In this document: piece after piece, positions 18,650 through 27,053 of the stretch
How the letters are laid out: every line of letters begins with the position of its first letter
Position numbering within the stretch: position 1 is the first letter of the stretch
From: an uncultured Gammaproteobacteria bacterium
GTDB lineage: Bacteria > Patescibacteriota > Microgenomatia > Levybacterales > UBA12049
Assembly: GCA_964525395.1 (NCBI GenBank)
Contig: CAZGGU010000002.1
Location: 30,263 to 94,262, forward strand
Direction of reading: 5' to 3'
Length of the DNA: 64,000 bases
Translations under genes and position numbers: made by a program
The notes under the pieces: generated by a model
What the model saw: the letters and a program-made list of their open reading frames with translations, nothing else
Told to the model about the DNA's origin: nothing
Databases searched by the model: none

Positions 18650-19885
18650 TTAGTTAAAAAGCTCCCTCCTAAGCTCTTCCCTTTTATCCACCGAAGTTAC
18701 TTCAATTGGCATAATTGGATGACCGGTTGCTTCGATTTGAACAATGTCGAATTTATTTTCTTCTTTAGGGTCTTCAAAGCTCAGGAAATATTTGCCATTT
18801 GAAACAGAGGTGGCTGAAGCAAATTGACCAAGGCCATTGGTTTTAAATGCTCTGACAGGATTATCTTCTTCGTCTTTTACTTCAACTAATACGTTCTGAA
18901 GTGGATTTCCTCTCGGGTCTTTTACAATTCCAGTGATAAGATTGGGCGCTTCAGGCATGCTAAGAACTCCTGCAGCCTTGGTTTGATTTGGCGCCACTTG
19001 CTTTACTCTTGGTTCCTGAGTTGCTTGAGGTGCTGGAGGGTTGGGCTGGCTCGTTGGCTGAGCAGGAATCACTGGAGGAGTTGAATGATCCTCAAGCTTA
19101 GAGTTGATCTTAAGAACCTCTCGCTCTAGTTCTTCTTTTTGACGAGTTGCTTCAGCAAGCATTTTTTCTAACTCTGCGATTTTTTGATCAGCAGCATCTT
19201 GATTTACGGCTGGAGCGGTTTGCTCAAGTGTTTTGCTTGCCTCAATTTGTTTTTCAAGAATCGCAGTTTCTGCATCTATTTTTTTCTCTGCAGCTTCCAC
19301 TTTTGCCTTTTGCTCTTGGTCTAGTTGATCTTGTTGAGCTTTTTCTTGAGCGGCTCTAGCAAGCTCGTCTGCGCTTGGTTGATTAGGAGTAGGAGCTACT
19401 TGTGCTGGCGCTGGGACTGGAGCTTGAATTGGTTGGATTTGTTGAACAGGTTGAGCTGAGATTTGATTTAATTCAATAGTTTGCATAACGGGAATATTTG
19501 GTGCTTGAACTGGCACGTGTGGCGCAGGCAAGGGGATGACTTGGGGTATCTGCTTCTCGGAAACTGTTTGCTTCTGGGTTTTAGTGATATCTCCACCATC
19601 TTTTCCATAAATATATTTCGTGGGGGAAAGCATGGCTCTGAAAAGATTGATAAACATAGTGTCCATTGGGCGTCCGTCCACGGGAACGAAGGTAAAGATT
19701 ATTCCTATAGTTACAATCACAATTGAGATTGGCCAAGAAATGATGTGAGGAATTGGCAACAGGAAAGAGATAAACCAGCCAATCAAAACGACAACTGCCA
19801 AATACACAAACTGCCTAACGGTCATAGAACCGATAAGCTTAAATTGAAAGCCTGTAATGTCTTGGGGAATTGGGTGATTCTCCAT
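18650..19885 (-). CDS. PrgI/VirB3-like two-TM protein fused to long Pro/Gln-rich coiled-coil and C-terminal globular domain
   Basis: N-term IPQDITGFQFKLIGSMTVRQFVYLAVVVLIGWFISFLL followed by second TM matches PrgI-family topology/motif (P.D...K....T.RQ); central coiled-coil EQKAKVEAAEKKIDAETAILEKQIE. Confidence 0.45.
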   Translation of the reverse strand: MENHPIPQDITGFQFKLIGSMTVRQFVYLAVVVLIGWFISFLLPIPHIISWPISIVIVTIGIIFTFVPVDGRPMDTMFINLFRAMLSPTKYIYGKDGGDITKTQKQTVSEKQIPQVIPLPAPHVPVQAPNIPVMQTIELNQISAQPVQQIQPIQAPVPAPAQVAPTPNQPSADELARAAQEKAQQDQLDQEQKAKVEAAEKKIDAETAILEKQIEASKTLEQTAPAVNQDAADQKIAELEKMLAEATRQKEELEREVLKINSKLEDHSTPPVIPAQPTSQPNPPAPQATQEPRVKQVAPNQTKAAGVLSMPEAPNLITGIVKDPRGNPLQNVLVEVKDEEDNPVRAFKTNGLGQFASATSVSNGKYFLSFEDPKEENKFDIVQIEATGHPIMPIEVTSVDKREELRRELFN

Positions 19886-20013
19886 CTATTCTCTTTCCCT
19901 GCCTAATATTAACAATAGAATAATATGTGAAAAATCCCATTTCAAGGCTATCGAAATAGATCAGGTTTAGAAGAAATTGGCCTTAAATGTGAAAAGCCAT
20001 TTCTGACTAGAAG

Positions 20014-20388
20014 TTATTGAGTGCCCCTGCCTGCTCTAAGGTTAGTCGCGTTGGTAGTTGCATTGCATGATGTAAAGCCAAATTTAGTAATGCAGCCAAC
20101 TCCTGTTATGCCAGCAATAATATTTAAAACAGCGAAGGACATAAGTATAACTATGAGACCGATTAGAGCCCAAGTGATAGTTTTTTTAGCCCCATCTGCT
20201 GCCTTAGGGTCTCCTCCAGAGGTGATATATTTTATTCCGCCAAGAATTACTAAGAAAAGTGCAATTATTCCTGCGAAGGTTAGAGCCCAAAAAATAAGGT
20301 TTTGAAATAGTACAGTTGCACAGTCTAAGGTAAGTATCTCCCCATACTTACTATCAAACGCACAAGCATTACCAGCTAATTTAAACAT
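20014..20388 (-). CDS. VirB2/TrbC-like pilin paralog 3
   Basis: Two hydrophobic helices flanking ILGGIKYITSGGDPKAADGAKKTITWALIGL; shared motif with the two upstream paralogs. Confidence 0.55.
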   Translation of the reverse strand: MFKLAGNACAFDSKYGEILTLDCATVLFQNLIFWALTFAGIIALFLVILGGIKYITSGGDPKAADGAKKTITWALIGLIVILMSFAVLNIIAGITGVGCITKFGFTSCNATTNATNLRAGRGTQ

Positions 20389-20431
20389 AAATTTAGCGTA
20401 ACAAAGAGGGGATTAAATCTCAAGCGGAAGT

Positions 20432-20851
20432 TTAACTGTTGGTGTAATTGGTAAGTGTGGGAAGAGTTAAATTGGTTAAGTTAATTCCGAAAAAGCCAAG
20501 TAAAATGTTCAAGATAAAGAATGACAAGAACATGATTGCGAGACCGATAAGAGCTGCTACAATCATTTGTCTTGATGCATCAACCTTCTTGGAGTCTCCG
20601 CCTGACATTATCCACTGAATTCCTCCAAAAATAAGGAAGCCGAGAGCAATAATTACGCCGATTACGAAAACTACTTGGATAAGGGTAGCCACTATTCCGC
20701 TGAAATCAGAGAGAGTTAATTTACAAAGTCCGCCAAATCCTCCACCAGGGCATACGCTAATTTTTTGTTGAGCATGTGCTTGAGGAGCGAGTGTTAAGAA
20801 TGGTACCGCTGAAAGTGAAATGGCAGTTATCTTTTTCATGTATATAAACAT
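20432..20851 (-). CDS. VirB2/TrbC-like pilin paralog 2 (with cleavable signal peptide)
   Basis: Signal peptide ...LTLAPQAHAQQ; FLIFGGIQWIMSGGDSKKVDASRQMIVAALIGLAIMFLSFFILN. Confidence 0.55.
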   Translation of the reverse strand: MFIYMKKITAISLSAVPFLTLAPQAHAQQKISVCPGGGFGGLCKLTLSDFSGIVATLIQVVFVIGVIIALGFLIFGGIQWIMSGGDSKKVDASRQMIVAALIGLAIMFLSFFILNILLGFFGINLTNLTLPTLTNYTNS

Positions 20852-20887
20852 CGTAGAAATATTTTAAATTCTTGTCAAGGGGTCAAT

Positions 20888-21223
20888 TTATGTGAGCTTT
20901 AAAAGATTGAGTCCGAAGAATCTGCCGACTACATTAATTATGAAAAATGCTAAGAAGGTGATGATAAGGCCAATCGCTGCGAAAGTAATTTTCTTTCTGG
21001 CCCCATCTACAGCTTTCGCATCTCCACCTGATGAAATCCACTGAATCCCGCCCCACATGATGAAAAATAAGGCTGCTAAGACTGCAGCAATAAACATGTA
21101 TGTAATTCCCAAGCGAATTACACCTTGAAGAGTGGGGAGACCAGACTCAGGCATGCCACCAATGGGTTTTAAATCAATTTGTTTGCCGTCACTGGGAACT
21201 TTAAGTGCTATTTCTCTAATCAT
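20888..21223 (-). CDS. VirB2/TrbC-like pilin paralog 1
   Basis: FFIMWGGIQWISSGGDAKAVDGARKKITFAAIGLIITFLAFFIIN; two TM hairpin. Confidence 0.55.
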   Translation of the reverse strand: MIREIALKVPSDGKQIDLKPIGGMPESGLPTLQGVIRLGITYMFIAAVLAALFFIMWGGIQWISSGGDAKAVDGARKKITFAAIGLIITFLAFFIINVVGRFFGLNLLKLT

Positions 21224-21225
21224 AT

Positions 21226-22470
21226 TTAACTAAATCCTGGAAGACCAAGGATATCAACTGTAATTAATCTAAGAATTGAGAGAGAAAAGATGATGAGTAA
21301 AAGTCCTGCAACGGCTGCTATTATGGCTTCTCTTGCTTCTGCTATTTTTTTAGGGTCCCCCTGTGAGGTCATTAGTTTAAATCCATTAGCGATAAAAAGA
21401 ATAATAAGAATTCCACCGGAAAGACTGAGGACGAGAATCAGCACGCTTCTAGCAAAGCCTTCAGGATTAATCCCAATCTTACCTATAGCTGTGTTGCAGG
21501 AGTTTGGAATTGCTTCGCCGGATTTAGGCTGACAGGGATTAGAAACTTTATTGCCCGGGTAGTCATAGCAGCCCAACTTTCCATCTGTGCCTGTGGTGCA
21601 GTATTTGCCACCGCATTCGGAATCATTATTGCAGCCTGAATGACCACCGTTTTGATCCACCGTGAAAGAGTCTGAGCAGTTTGTGTTATATTTGCCATCG
21701 ATCTGGACTTTATATGAGTTTTCTCCTATTAAATCATTTCCTACCGATACTCCCGCCGCTGCCTCGAGTTCACTTCTAGTTGGTGTAAATCTTTTTATCT
21801 CTGATCCATTTTCAGTTCCATTTATTTGAATAATTCTGACAAGCATTTTATCTTCAGGTTTTTCTGTAAACTCCTTTTTAAATGCAGCTTTTATTTTAAC
21901 TTCAGTTCCAGGCTTAAAATCAGTGTTTAGATATGTAATCGTGCAAAACTTATTGTCAACGCTAGTTTTTTGAATTTCCAAAGAGGCGCTTCCTAGGCTG
22001 CAGAGTAGAAAATCTCTGTTTTGACCCTGCTCTCCTTGGTGTCCGGTGGTTCTTAAATTGAATTCATATTTGCCAGGGTTGAAATCTGATGCATGATCCC
22101 CCTTTGTGTTTCCATTTCGATCAAATGGGGTATTAACAGTTGCGAGAGTATCTTCTTCGAATCGTTCCAGCGTCACTTTCGCAGGTACATTTGATTTATA
22201 AAATAAATCTCCAGTATCTTCTCCAATCGTACGAATGTCTCCTCCTTGTGGATTTATTGTCATTTCAATATTTGACGTAAGTGGAATTTGTTGACCCTTT
22301 ATTTTTAAGGTGATGCTATTTATTATATGGTCATCATCTCCTGCAGACTGTTTTTCTGAAATCTTCTGGATAGAACATTCACTTTTAGAATTTTGAGCAT
22401 AAGTAGGCTGAGTGTAAGTTGAAACAATCAGTATTAAAAAGAGTAGGACAGCAAAGATAATTCTTTTCAC
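21226..22470 (-). CDS. secreted Cys-rich extracellular domain fused to C-terminal pilin-like module (candidate minor pilin/tip adhesin)
   Basis: Signal peptide MKRIIFAVLLFLILIVSTYTQPTYA; Cys-rich GCNNDSECGGKYCTTGTDGKLGCYDYPGNKVSNPCQPK; C-terminal ILFIANGFKLMTSQGDPKKIAEAREAIIAAVAGLLLIIF shares the pilin paralog motif. Confidence 0.5.
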   Translation of the reverse strand: MKRIIFAVLLFLILIVSTYTQPTYAQNSKSECSIQKISEKQSAGDDDHIINSITLKIKGQQIPLTSNIEMTINPQGGDIRTIGEDTGDLFYKSNVPAKVTLERFEEDTLATVNTPFDRNGNTKGDHASDFNPGKYEFNLRTTGHQGEQGQNRDFLLCSLGSASLEIQKTSVDNKFCTITYLNTDFKPGTEVKIKAAFKKEFTEKPEDKMLVRIIQINGTENGSEIKRFTPTRSELEAAAGVSVGNDLIGENSYKVQIDGKYNTNCSDSFTVDQNGGHSGCNNDSECGGKYCTTGTDGKLGCYDYPGNKVSNPCQPKSGEAIPNSCNTAIGKIGINPEGFARSVLILVLSLSGGILIILFIANGFKLMTSQGDPKKIAEAREAIIAAVAGLLLIIFSLSILRLITVDILGLPGFS

Positions 22471-22506
22471 AATTTTATCGTAGAAGAAAATGAGATTTTT
22501 GGCAAG

Positions 22507-23814
22507 TTAAGGTGTGAATTTAAAGCCGCGTCCTTTTACAGTTTGCAGATGAAGCGGTGAATTAGGGTTTTCTTCAATTTTTTTCCTAACCCTAAAAATA
22601 AGTTGATCAAGCGCTTGCTCTGAGACCCCAACTGTAGTGCCTAAATCTCCCCAAACTGCAGAGATGATTTCCTCTCTTTCGATTATCTTGTCAGGATTCA
22701 TTAGCAGATAAGCAAGAAGCTTAAATTCAGCAGATGTTAAAGATTCTGAAATAATAATTTTTCCTTTTTTAATTTCTTTAGACTCTTTATTAAAACTAAT
22801 CTTTTGAGTATCTGTCTCATTTTGTTTTTTTGCATAAGACATGAGTAGCGGAAGAGCAAATTTATTATCCCTAACTAATCCTACTGCCACGAGATGTGAA
22901 GAATCGTGAGCTTTGTTTTCCTCGATGAGGTTTTGCTCAAATGGAGTAAAATATTTCCAAATTTCTTCCAAAACTGCCTTGATTCTGCTGTTTGAAAATA
23001 AAGATTTTTCTAAATTTTCTTGTTCACCGTTTTCTAGACAAGCCTCAGCTGCTACTCTGGTTAGTTTTCCTACGCCTCCAGTTAAATTCGTGACTGTCTC
23101 GAGTGTTTGCTCTGAAAGTTTTTTATTCGCTTGTTTTTGAATATAATTTAACCTGAAATCTAAAACTGCCTTATTCATCAGCGGCAAATATACTATATTT
23201 CCTACTACGAATTCGTAATAATCAGCAATTAAATCATTTTCTACTATTTCTTCGAGTGGGCGAGAGAGAGGAAAGATAGCAGAGAAGCGATATTTAGCTC
23301 TGTCTCTAAGAACCCTAAGATTGCTAAAAAATTGTGGCGTAAGCATTGGGAGATATTCCTCAAAGCGATCGAAGAGAAAAACAACTGTATATTCTTTTTC
23401 AAGTGACAGATAATCAATAGATTTTCGCAGTCCTTGAAACAGAACTAGTTCATCGTTGGTTTTGAGGCTTTGTTCGAAAAGTCCACGAATATATTTAGAT
23501 TCTTCTTCCAGATGGCGTTCTTCAAAAGAATCAAGTAGCTCAAGAAACATATACTTGGTAGCCTCAGTTAATGGTCGTTTTTTAATTTCAGAGAAATTCA
23601 TCATGACGAAGTGAAACCATTTTTCGTTTTCCTTGAGGTGAAGAGTTCTGGCTTCGCGATTGTAGGAAAGAAGTCCCATGATGTTGGATCTTCCTACGCC
23701 TGGAAGAGAAACGATTTGCGCAGAATTTCCAGATTTTATATATGAGAGGACTTTATCAATTTCATCAAACCATGAATCTGGGGGATATAGAGATTCGAAA
23801 TGTTTAGGATCCAT
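22507..23814 (-). CDS. transcriptional regulator: N-terminal P-loop/STAND-like NTPase domain + C-terminal OmpR/PhoB-type winged-helix DNA-binding domain
   Basis: C-term LTSAEFKLLAYLLMNPDKIIEREEIISAVWGDLGTTVGVSEQALDQLIFRVRKKIEENPNSPLHLQTVKGRGFKF = trans_reg_C wHTH; N-term SLPGVGRSNIMG (degenerate Walker A) and VVFLFDRFEE (Walker B-like). Confidence 0.55.
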   Translation of the reverse strand: MDPKHFESLYPPDSWFDEIDKVLSYIKSGNSAQIVSLPGVGRSNIMGLLSYNREARTLHLKENEKWFHFVMMNFSEIKKRPLTEATKYMFLELLDSFEERHLEEESKYIRGLFEQSLKTNDELVLFQGLRKSIDYLSLEKEYTVVFLFDRFEEYLPMLTPQFFSNLRVLRDRAKYRFSAIFPLSRPLEEIVENDLIADYYEFVVGNIVYLPLMNKAVLDFRLNYIQKQANKKLSEQTLETVTNLTGGVGKLTRVAAEACLENGEQENLEKSLFSNSRIKAVLEEIWKYFTPFEQNLIEENKAHDSSHLVAVGLVRDNKFALPLLMSYAKKQNETDTQKISFNKESKEIKKGKIIISESLTSAEFKLLAYLLMNPDKIIEREEIISAVWGDLGTTVGVSEQALDQLIFRVRKKIEENPNSPLHLQTVKGRGFKFTP

Positions 23815-23914
23815 TAAAACATTGTAATCTAACTAGCCTCAAAACGTCAATTTTATAAGGCTTTTGTAATGTAGATATCAAGTCTATAGTTTGATTTTTC
23901 CTTAAACTACGCAC

Positions 23915-26900
23915 ATGGAAAGAGAAGCTTTCACGCCAGAAGAATTGACAGGACAAGGCCAAAACGCCTATTCTAGAAGTATGCCAGAAACACCTGATAA
24001 TCCTATTAAAGGTCCTGAACAAATACCGCCTCAAAGAGTAAAAAGACCACATTCAGAAGTTAACCCATCGTCAATTGAAGAAAGAATTCAGCAAATGGCG
24101 GAGGAATATCGAGGAAAAGGAATTCCTGTAGATTTTGGCACTCTCCAAGCTTTTAGAGCTCTTGCAGAAAGAGGAATTATGCCAATGGGTGGAGGCGCAG
24201 ACGATCCCGATGGGGGACCTGCGGGGGGAAGAAGACGAAGAAGAGCGGGAGCAGATGGAGTGCCGCCAATTCCACTAGATGAACAAATTAATGCATTTGC
24301 AGAAGCGAATGGGCTTAGTCCTGAAACCGACCGTGCTTATATTCTTAACGCGTTGGACCGTCAAAGAGCAGATGATGAGAGAAGAGCTGCTAGAGCTCAA
24401 GGGGCAGAGGGGTGGAGAACTATGTATCTTAAGGATCAGGACATGGAAATTTTGAACAGAAATCCCATGGAGTGGATCGAGGAAAAGTTTAATGAAATAA
24501 ATGCTCTTGCTAAGAAAGGAGCAGAACTTGATTCTCCTGCGCTTCAGCGTATTCAAACACTTTTCGGAGAAGCGCATGAGTACGTAGCTAATTTTAAGAA
24601 AAATGATCCTGAGCTAGTTCAGCAATTTACTGATGTATTTTTAGGAAGACTTAACTTAATGTTTATGGCTTCCACTATTGAGCTACGAGATTTAGAGTCT
24701 GCAGGGAAAATGGCAAGAAGAACAAAAGCTTCTACTCTATTTAGTGCGATGGAATATGAAGATGGAAAAGTAGGAATGCTCTATAACAGAATGCAAACTA
24801 TGTATGAAGATTACAGATTGGCTATCGGAGGAGTAGATAGAAAAATATTACCCGAGTTTGAATCTCGATTCCAGCAATTTATTATAGACGGAGAAATGAA
24901 GATGGCGAAGAGAGGGGTAGGTGAATATGCGGCCAAATATGCAGAAATAACGGCTATTGTTAATGGGCAAGGATTGTCAGAAAGACAAAGAGTAATACTT
25001 GGGAAGATGGGAATAAATCCCGATGATCCTATTCAGGCTACCCCAGAAAAGCTAGAAGAAGCAAGACAAGCTGAGATAAATGACAGAATTGAGCTAGATA
25101 TTAGAAGAGCAATGGGACCTGCTTGGGATATTTTCCGTATAACCCAGCGTCATGCGGTTATTAATGCTAGAGCGCATAAAACAAATTCTAGAGATGTTAA
25201 GAAATTGGCTGGAGGTTGGAAGGAGTTTTTAGGTCAGAATGGTGCTGCTTTTGCTTCATTTAACGCGGAAAATATGCTCTGGGAGGAATATGGCCTCTAT
25301 ACTGGTCATGATTGGGCTTTTGTAAGAGAAATTAAGCGTGATCTGGCAACTTCAGAGATAGCAGATAGGCTCAAAAATATTAAGAAAAAAAGAGCTAAAT
25401 TAAATGCTGGTGAAGATCCAGATAAAGATGATCATCATGTAAGCGATGAGGATGAAGGAGAAGAGGATCATCATGTTCTTCATGATGAACATCCAGAAAC
25501 ACCTGAACAAAGAAATGTTAGATTTGCGGAAATACGTAGACAGCTTCAAATTGAAGAGAATATTTTACGCAACATGACACAAGCAGATGTGGATGAGTTT
25601 GGAAAGACGCTCTTTAGAGATATGTATGCAGCTGCTGATTTTTACTCCTCTGGGTGGAGAATGAACGGTATCTTAGATCAGCTTGACAAGTATGGAAATT
25701 ATTTAAATTCTCAGGATGGGGTGGATCCACATCATCCAGTATTTGATTCCAAAAATTTCGGAATGTTTGTTCGATTAAGGGCAGATGCAGGTGGTAGAAG
25801 AGATACCTGGGAAAGAATTGCCACATTTCGACAGGAGGAAATATTAAGGCTTTACAGAGATAAAATTCTGACAGAGCCTAGCCCACAGTACGATAGCCAT
25901 GGTCATAAAATTAAGGCAAAAAAGCCAGCGCCAGATTATATGAAGCCGTCGCTTGATTTATTCTTCGGTAAGCTTAGAGAAATGGGAATAACTACTGACG
26001 ATTTACCTGCAGAATTAAAAGATGCTCAAACAACTGAATACGATGTATTTAAATTAAGGTATGGAGCAGCGATTCAAACTATTCGCCAGCAGGAGATGGA
26101 GGCTAGGGGAAATGGAGTACCGCGTCAAATAGACTTTTCTGCAATTGAGGTAGGATCAGATGACTATGTAAGATTTAAAGAAATAATTGATAATTCAGTG
26201 GGAAAGGAAGGAGCAATTGATGATGTCATAAGAGTTTACAAGGAAATGAATAGATTCATTGGACGTAGGGATGCTATTGGTTTTGAACCCAAGGTGATTG
26301 ATAGGCTTATTTATGATCCCAAGTTTGCGGATATTTACACGAGAGTGATAACAGCAGATGATATCCTTTCAACAAAGATTGAAGGACCCTCATCGCCTAT
26401 AACTTCTCTTACTCAAAGTGTTTCCGTAGATCAGGCAACTGACGCACTTGTTAGAAATTTTAATGATTTAGGCCATGCGGGAAATGCAATGGGTGGACTT
26501 TTGACGTTCGTTAAAGAAGAGCACGAAGAACCTAGATTAAAGGCAGCGCTTGAATTCGCTGAAGAAGCAAGCATGTATGGAGGGCAGGATGCTAGAGCTA
26601 AGAATGTAAGATTTACTTTTGGAACTTATCTTAATCTAGCGAAGAAAGATTGGCTTTGGGACACAATGGATTTTGAGTCAGGGCCTGCAAGAAAAGCGAT
26701 TTCAAATGCACAGAAAATATATGGGCCACAGTTGAAGGCTAAATCAAGAGCAGAATTAAGACATGAATTAGATGAAATTAGATATAAGCTCGAGGGCGCC
26801 TTTGGAGGACACCTCGGTGATAAATATTATAGAGAGCTTGAGCATATGCTTGAGGTAACTAGTGGAGATTCTAATAAGATGAGATTTATGTCATTCATGA

Positions 26901-27028
26901 TTGTTTTAATTGCAGCAGCTCTTGTAACACCAGTTGGAGTTTCTAAAGATAGCTTTAATGATGTTGGAGGACTTCTCGCAGGTGGTGGGGGCGGCGGCGG
27001 TGGTGGTGGGGGCGGAGGCCATCATTAA
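23915..27028 (+). CDS. 1037-aa hydrophilic, charged/coiled-coil protein, tail-anchored (single C-terminal TM) with C-terminal poly-Gly-HH tail; unknown function
   Basis: No signal peptide; only hydrophobic segment FMSFMIVLIAAALVTPVGV near C-terminus followed by GGGGGGGGGGGGGHH; locally GC-rich 5' region encoding GGGADDPDGGPAGGRRRRRAGADG. Confidence 0.5.
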   Translation: MEREAFTPEELTGQGQNAYSRSMPETPDNPIKGPEQIPPQRVKRPHSEVNPSSIEERIQQMAEEYRGKGIPVDFGTLQAFRALAERGIMPMGGGADDPDGGPAGGRRRRRAGADGVPPIPLDEQINAFAEANGLSPETDRAYILNALDRQRADDERRAARAQGAEGWRTMYLKDQDMEILNRNPMEWIEEKFNEINALAKKGAELDSPALQRIQTLFGEAHEYVANFKKNDPELVQQFTDVFLGRLNLMFMASTIELRDLESAGKMARRTKASTLFSAMEYEDGKVGMLYNRMQTMYEDYRLAIGGVDRKILPEFESRFQQFIIDGEMKMAKRGVGEYAAKYAEITAIVNGQGLSERQRVILGKMGINPDDPIQATPEKLEEARQAEINDRIELDIRRAMGPAWDIFRITQRHAVINARAHKTNSRDVKKLAGGWKEFLGQNGAAFASFNAENMLWEEYGLYTGHDWAFVREIKRDLATSEIADRLKNIKKKRAKLNAGEDPDKDDHHVSDEDEGEEDHHVLHDEHPETPEQRNVRFAEIRRQLQIEENILRNMTQADVDEFGKTLFRDMYAAADFYSSGWRMNGILDQLDKYGNYLNSQDGVDPHHPVFDSKNFGMFVRLRADAGGRRDTWERIATFRQEEILRLYRDKILTEPSPQYDSHGHKIKAKKPAPDYMKPSLDLFFGKLREMGITTDDLPAELKDAQTTEYDVFKLRYGAAIQTIRQQEMEARGNGVPRQIDFSAIEVGSDDYVRFKEIIDNSVGKEGAIDDVIRVYKEMNRFIGRRDAIGFEPKVIDRLIYDPKFADIYTRVITADDILSTKIEGPSSPITSLTQSVSVDQATDALVRNFNDLGHAGNAMGGLLTFVKEEHEEPRLKAALEFAEEASMYGGQDARAKNVRFTFGTYLNLAKKDWLWDTMDFESGPARKAISNAQKIYGPQLKAKSRAELRHELDEIRYKLEGAFGGHLGDKYYRELEHMLEVTSGDSNKMRFMSFMIVLIAAALVTPVGVSKDSFNDVGGLLAGGGGGGGGGGGGGHH

Positions 27029-27053
27029 TTGACATAGGTATTAAACTTTAATC

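Noticed and set aside
23804-24052. 82-aa minus-strand ORF spanning the divergent promoter region
   Set aside because: Overlaps both the regulator start and the 5' end of the giant + strand ORF. Arg/Phe-rich translation; likely spurious.
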